A stretch of DNA of 64,000 nucleotides from Protoeuglena noctilucae (Eukaryota). The notes beneath the pieces were generated by a model, which was not told where the DNA came from, did no database searches, and saw only the letters and a program-made list of their open reading frames with translations. Within the stretch, counting starts at the first letter, position 1; each line of letters starts with the position of its first letter. Of the stretch, positions 62,352 through 64,000 are shown one piece after another. Made by a program: the position numbers and the translations under genes. The stretch covers positions 248,001 through 312,000 of the forward strand of contig OY253669.1 in the NCBI GenBank assembly GCA_958009085.1, given 5' to 3'.

Positions 62352-64000
62352 TCACGCCGCAACGCTGCCCGCCCGGCGCTCGCCGTGGCGCGCGGCTGCC
62401 CTGACCTCGACCCTGCCCCCCACGGCCCGGCTCAGCAGCCCGCGCCTCCCCGGCCTCACTCGTGCGGCCTCAAACGCCGTCTCTTGCATCCGGTCCCCCG
62501 GCCGCTCCCCGTACAGCTCCAGCACCACCTCACTGTGCCGCCAGAGACTGGGATAGTCCGTGATCCCCGCTCTCGTCCACAGATTGGCGGCGAAAAGGAA
62601 TTTGCGACGCTTGGCCATCACATCCATGCCAAACTCCTCGTAGACCTGGTCCCGCCCAGGGCCCCGGGGCACCTTGCGCGCCAGCTGCGCCGCCAAGAAG
62701 TTGCGCTCCTCCTCCAGCTCCCTGCGAGTGTGACAGGCAGCAGGGCTGATGTCAGGTGCATGTTGTCTGATCAGCAAGGGCGGGGCAGGGCCAAGAAGGT
62801 TGTCAACCCTGACACCGTTACAGCACGCAGCACTGGCAAGGAACCACAATATGGGTCGCAGACTCACTTGCGCGCCCGCAGGAGGTCCCTCTCGGCGGCC
62901 TTGGCCTCCCTTGCCCCGGCACCGCCCTCAGCACCACCCCTGTCCAGCCGCCCCCGCATCCACTCGAGCCGGCGGTGCTCGCCCTCGAAGTAGAACGTCT
63001 CCTTGCCCCGGAAGGACAGCACGAAGCGGGACCGGTGGATCAGGGGCACCCCGAGCGCCTCCCACAGCCGCATGATGCGCGGCATGAGGCTGCGCTCGTG
63101 CGGGGCCGCCGCCCACGCGTCGTCCTCCCAGAGAGCCTCCGAGGCGCTGCCGTCGGCGTCCGCGGGGTCGTCGCCCCAGGGGTTGCCGCGCGGCACGGCG
63201 CCGATCTCCATGGGCGGCTGCGGGGGCAGGATGGTCGCGTGGTGGGGTCGCAGTTGGGTGAGGATGGCCCACGGTTGTCTTCTGCCGAAGACACACAAAC
63301 CTCAGTCAATAATGGCAATGGAACAAGTGTGTGGTGAAGAAGGCCTCAACACTTGCGCAGGCCCTGTCATGCGCGGTGCACAGCCATGCTGTCTGTCGTG
63401 CACACCGTACAACAGTGCATAGCAGGGAGGGAGCCCTTGCCTGCTGGGCCTTTGCCTTGGCTTCCTCCGCCTCCCGTGCCCGCGCCACGGCCTCAGACGC
63501 GGCCACGTTGGCGTGTGCCACCGCCGCTCGGGCCTCTGCCACCTGCGAAGACGGGTGAAGACACAGTGGGACGTGAGGGGCAAAAAAGGTCAGATTCAGT
63601 GACTGACCGGGCGAGGTGCCAGTCTGTCGAGGAAAGCAGAGGAGTGCTGCATCTGTAAGTGGCGTCGCTTGTGCCGCCCGCCTCAGCCAAACACTCGCCT
63701 GCTGCTGTGCTGCCTCCAGCTGCGTCCGTGCCTTGCGCAGCTGCCGCTGCAGAGACTTGTTCTCCGCGCGCTCCTCCTCCGCCTTCATCTCCATCTTCAA
63801 AACCTGCATGGGGCAGAGAGAGCACCGTCACACACCCGCGCGTCACATCAACGTTCGCCTCACTTTCCAGGGGCCCTGACAGTCACAGCAGGCATTAACG
63901 CTGTCGCTTCTCAGACGCTCTCCATCATTGACCCCAGAGGACTACCCGAGCAAGCCCCAGCTCGGGCCACGCTCACTACCGCCCCTCCACTCGCCTGTTG
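62352..64000 (-). CDS. 3' part of a kinesin-7 (NACK-like) protein with a DUF3490 tail; gene runs off the window
   Basis: RIMRLWEALGVPLIHRSRFVLSFRGKETFYFEGEHRRLEW and LEEERNFLA...KRRKF..ANLW match DUF3490, preceded by coiled-coil exons. The motor domain is not in the window. Confidence 0.75.

Noticed and set aside
1..64000. Most long R/A/P/G-rich ORFs in the six-frame track
   Set aside because: They arise from stop-codon scarcity at high GC and read-through of in-frame introns; the real genes are spliced.
1..64000. tRNA, rRNA or snRNA genes
   Set aside because: I could not recognise any cloverleaf or conserved RNA motif by eye; tRNAscan-SE/Infernal would be needed to exclude them.

Overview
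GC-rich, gene-dense, intron-rich eukaryotic nuclear DNA. It is most likely from a chlorophyte green alga, inferred from plant/algal-type YbeY-HAD and YjeF_N-PNPOx fusions, B12D genes, a DUF3490 kinesin tail and a ciliary CFAP97-like gene. About 22 spliced host genes are recognisable: CSE1/exportin-2, a DUF1336 protein, carboxypeptidase D, YbeY, ARD, an NCBP3-like protein, two B12D paralogues, PPOX, PP2A-B', a methyltransferase-riboflavin kinase fusion, a RING-CH E3, EXO1, a RluA-type pseudouridine synthase, an F-box/ankyrin protein, a transportin-like karyopherin and a kinesin-7 tail. The accessory part is about 14.4-23.0 kb. It holds a ~5.6 kb CACTA/Plavaka-like DNA transposon with imperfect TIRs, GGGATCA subterminal arrays and an apparently intact spliced transposase. 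Next to it lie an intronless DUF2828 (vWA) gene and a perfect, hairpin-forming 60-bp direct repeat pair. Other oddities are many GC-AG introns and a twice-frameshifted SDR gene between the B12D paralogues. All calls come from motif recognition by eye with no database searches. Multi-exon gene coordinates are approximate spans.
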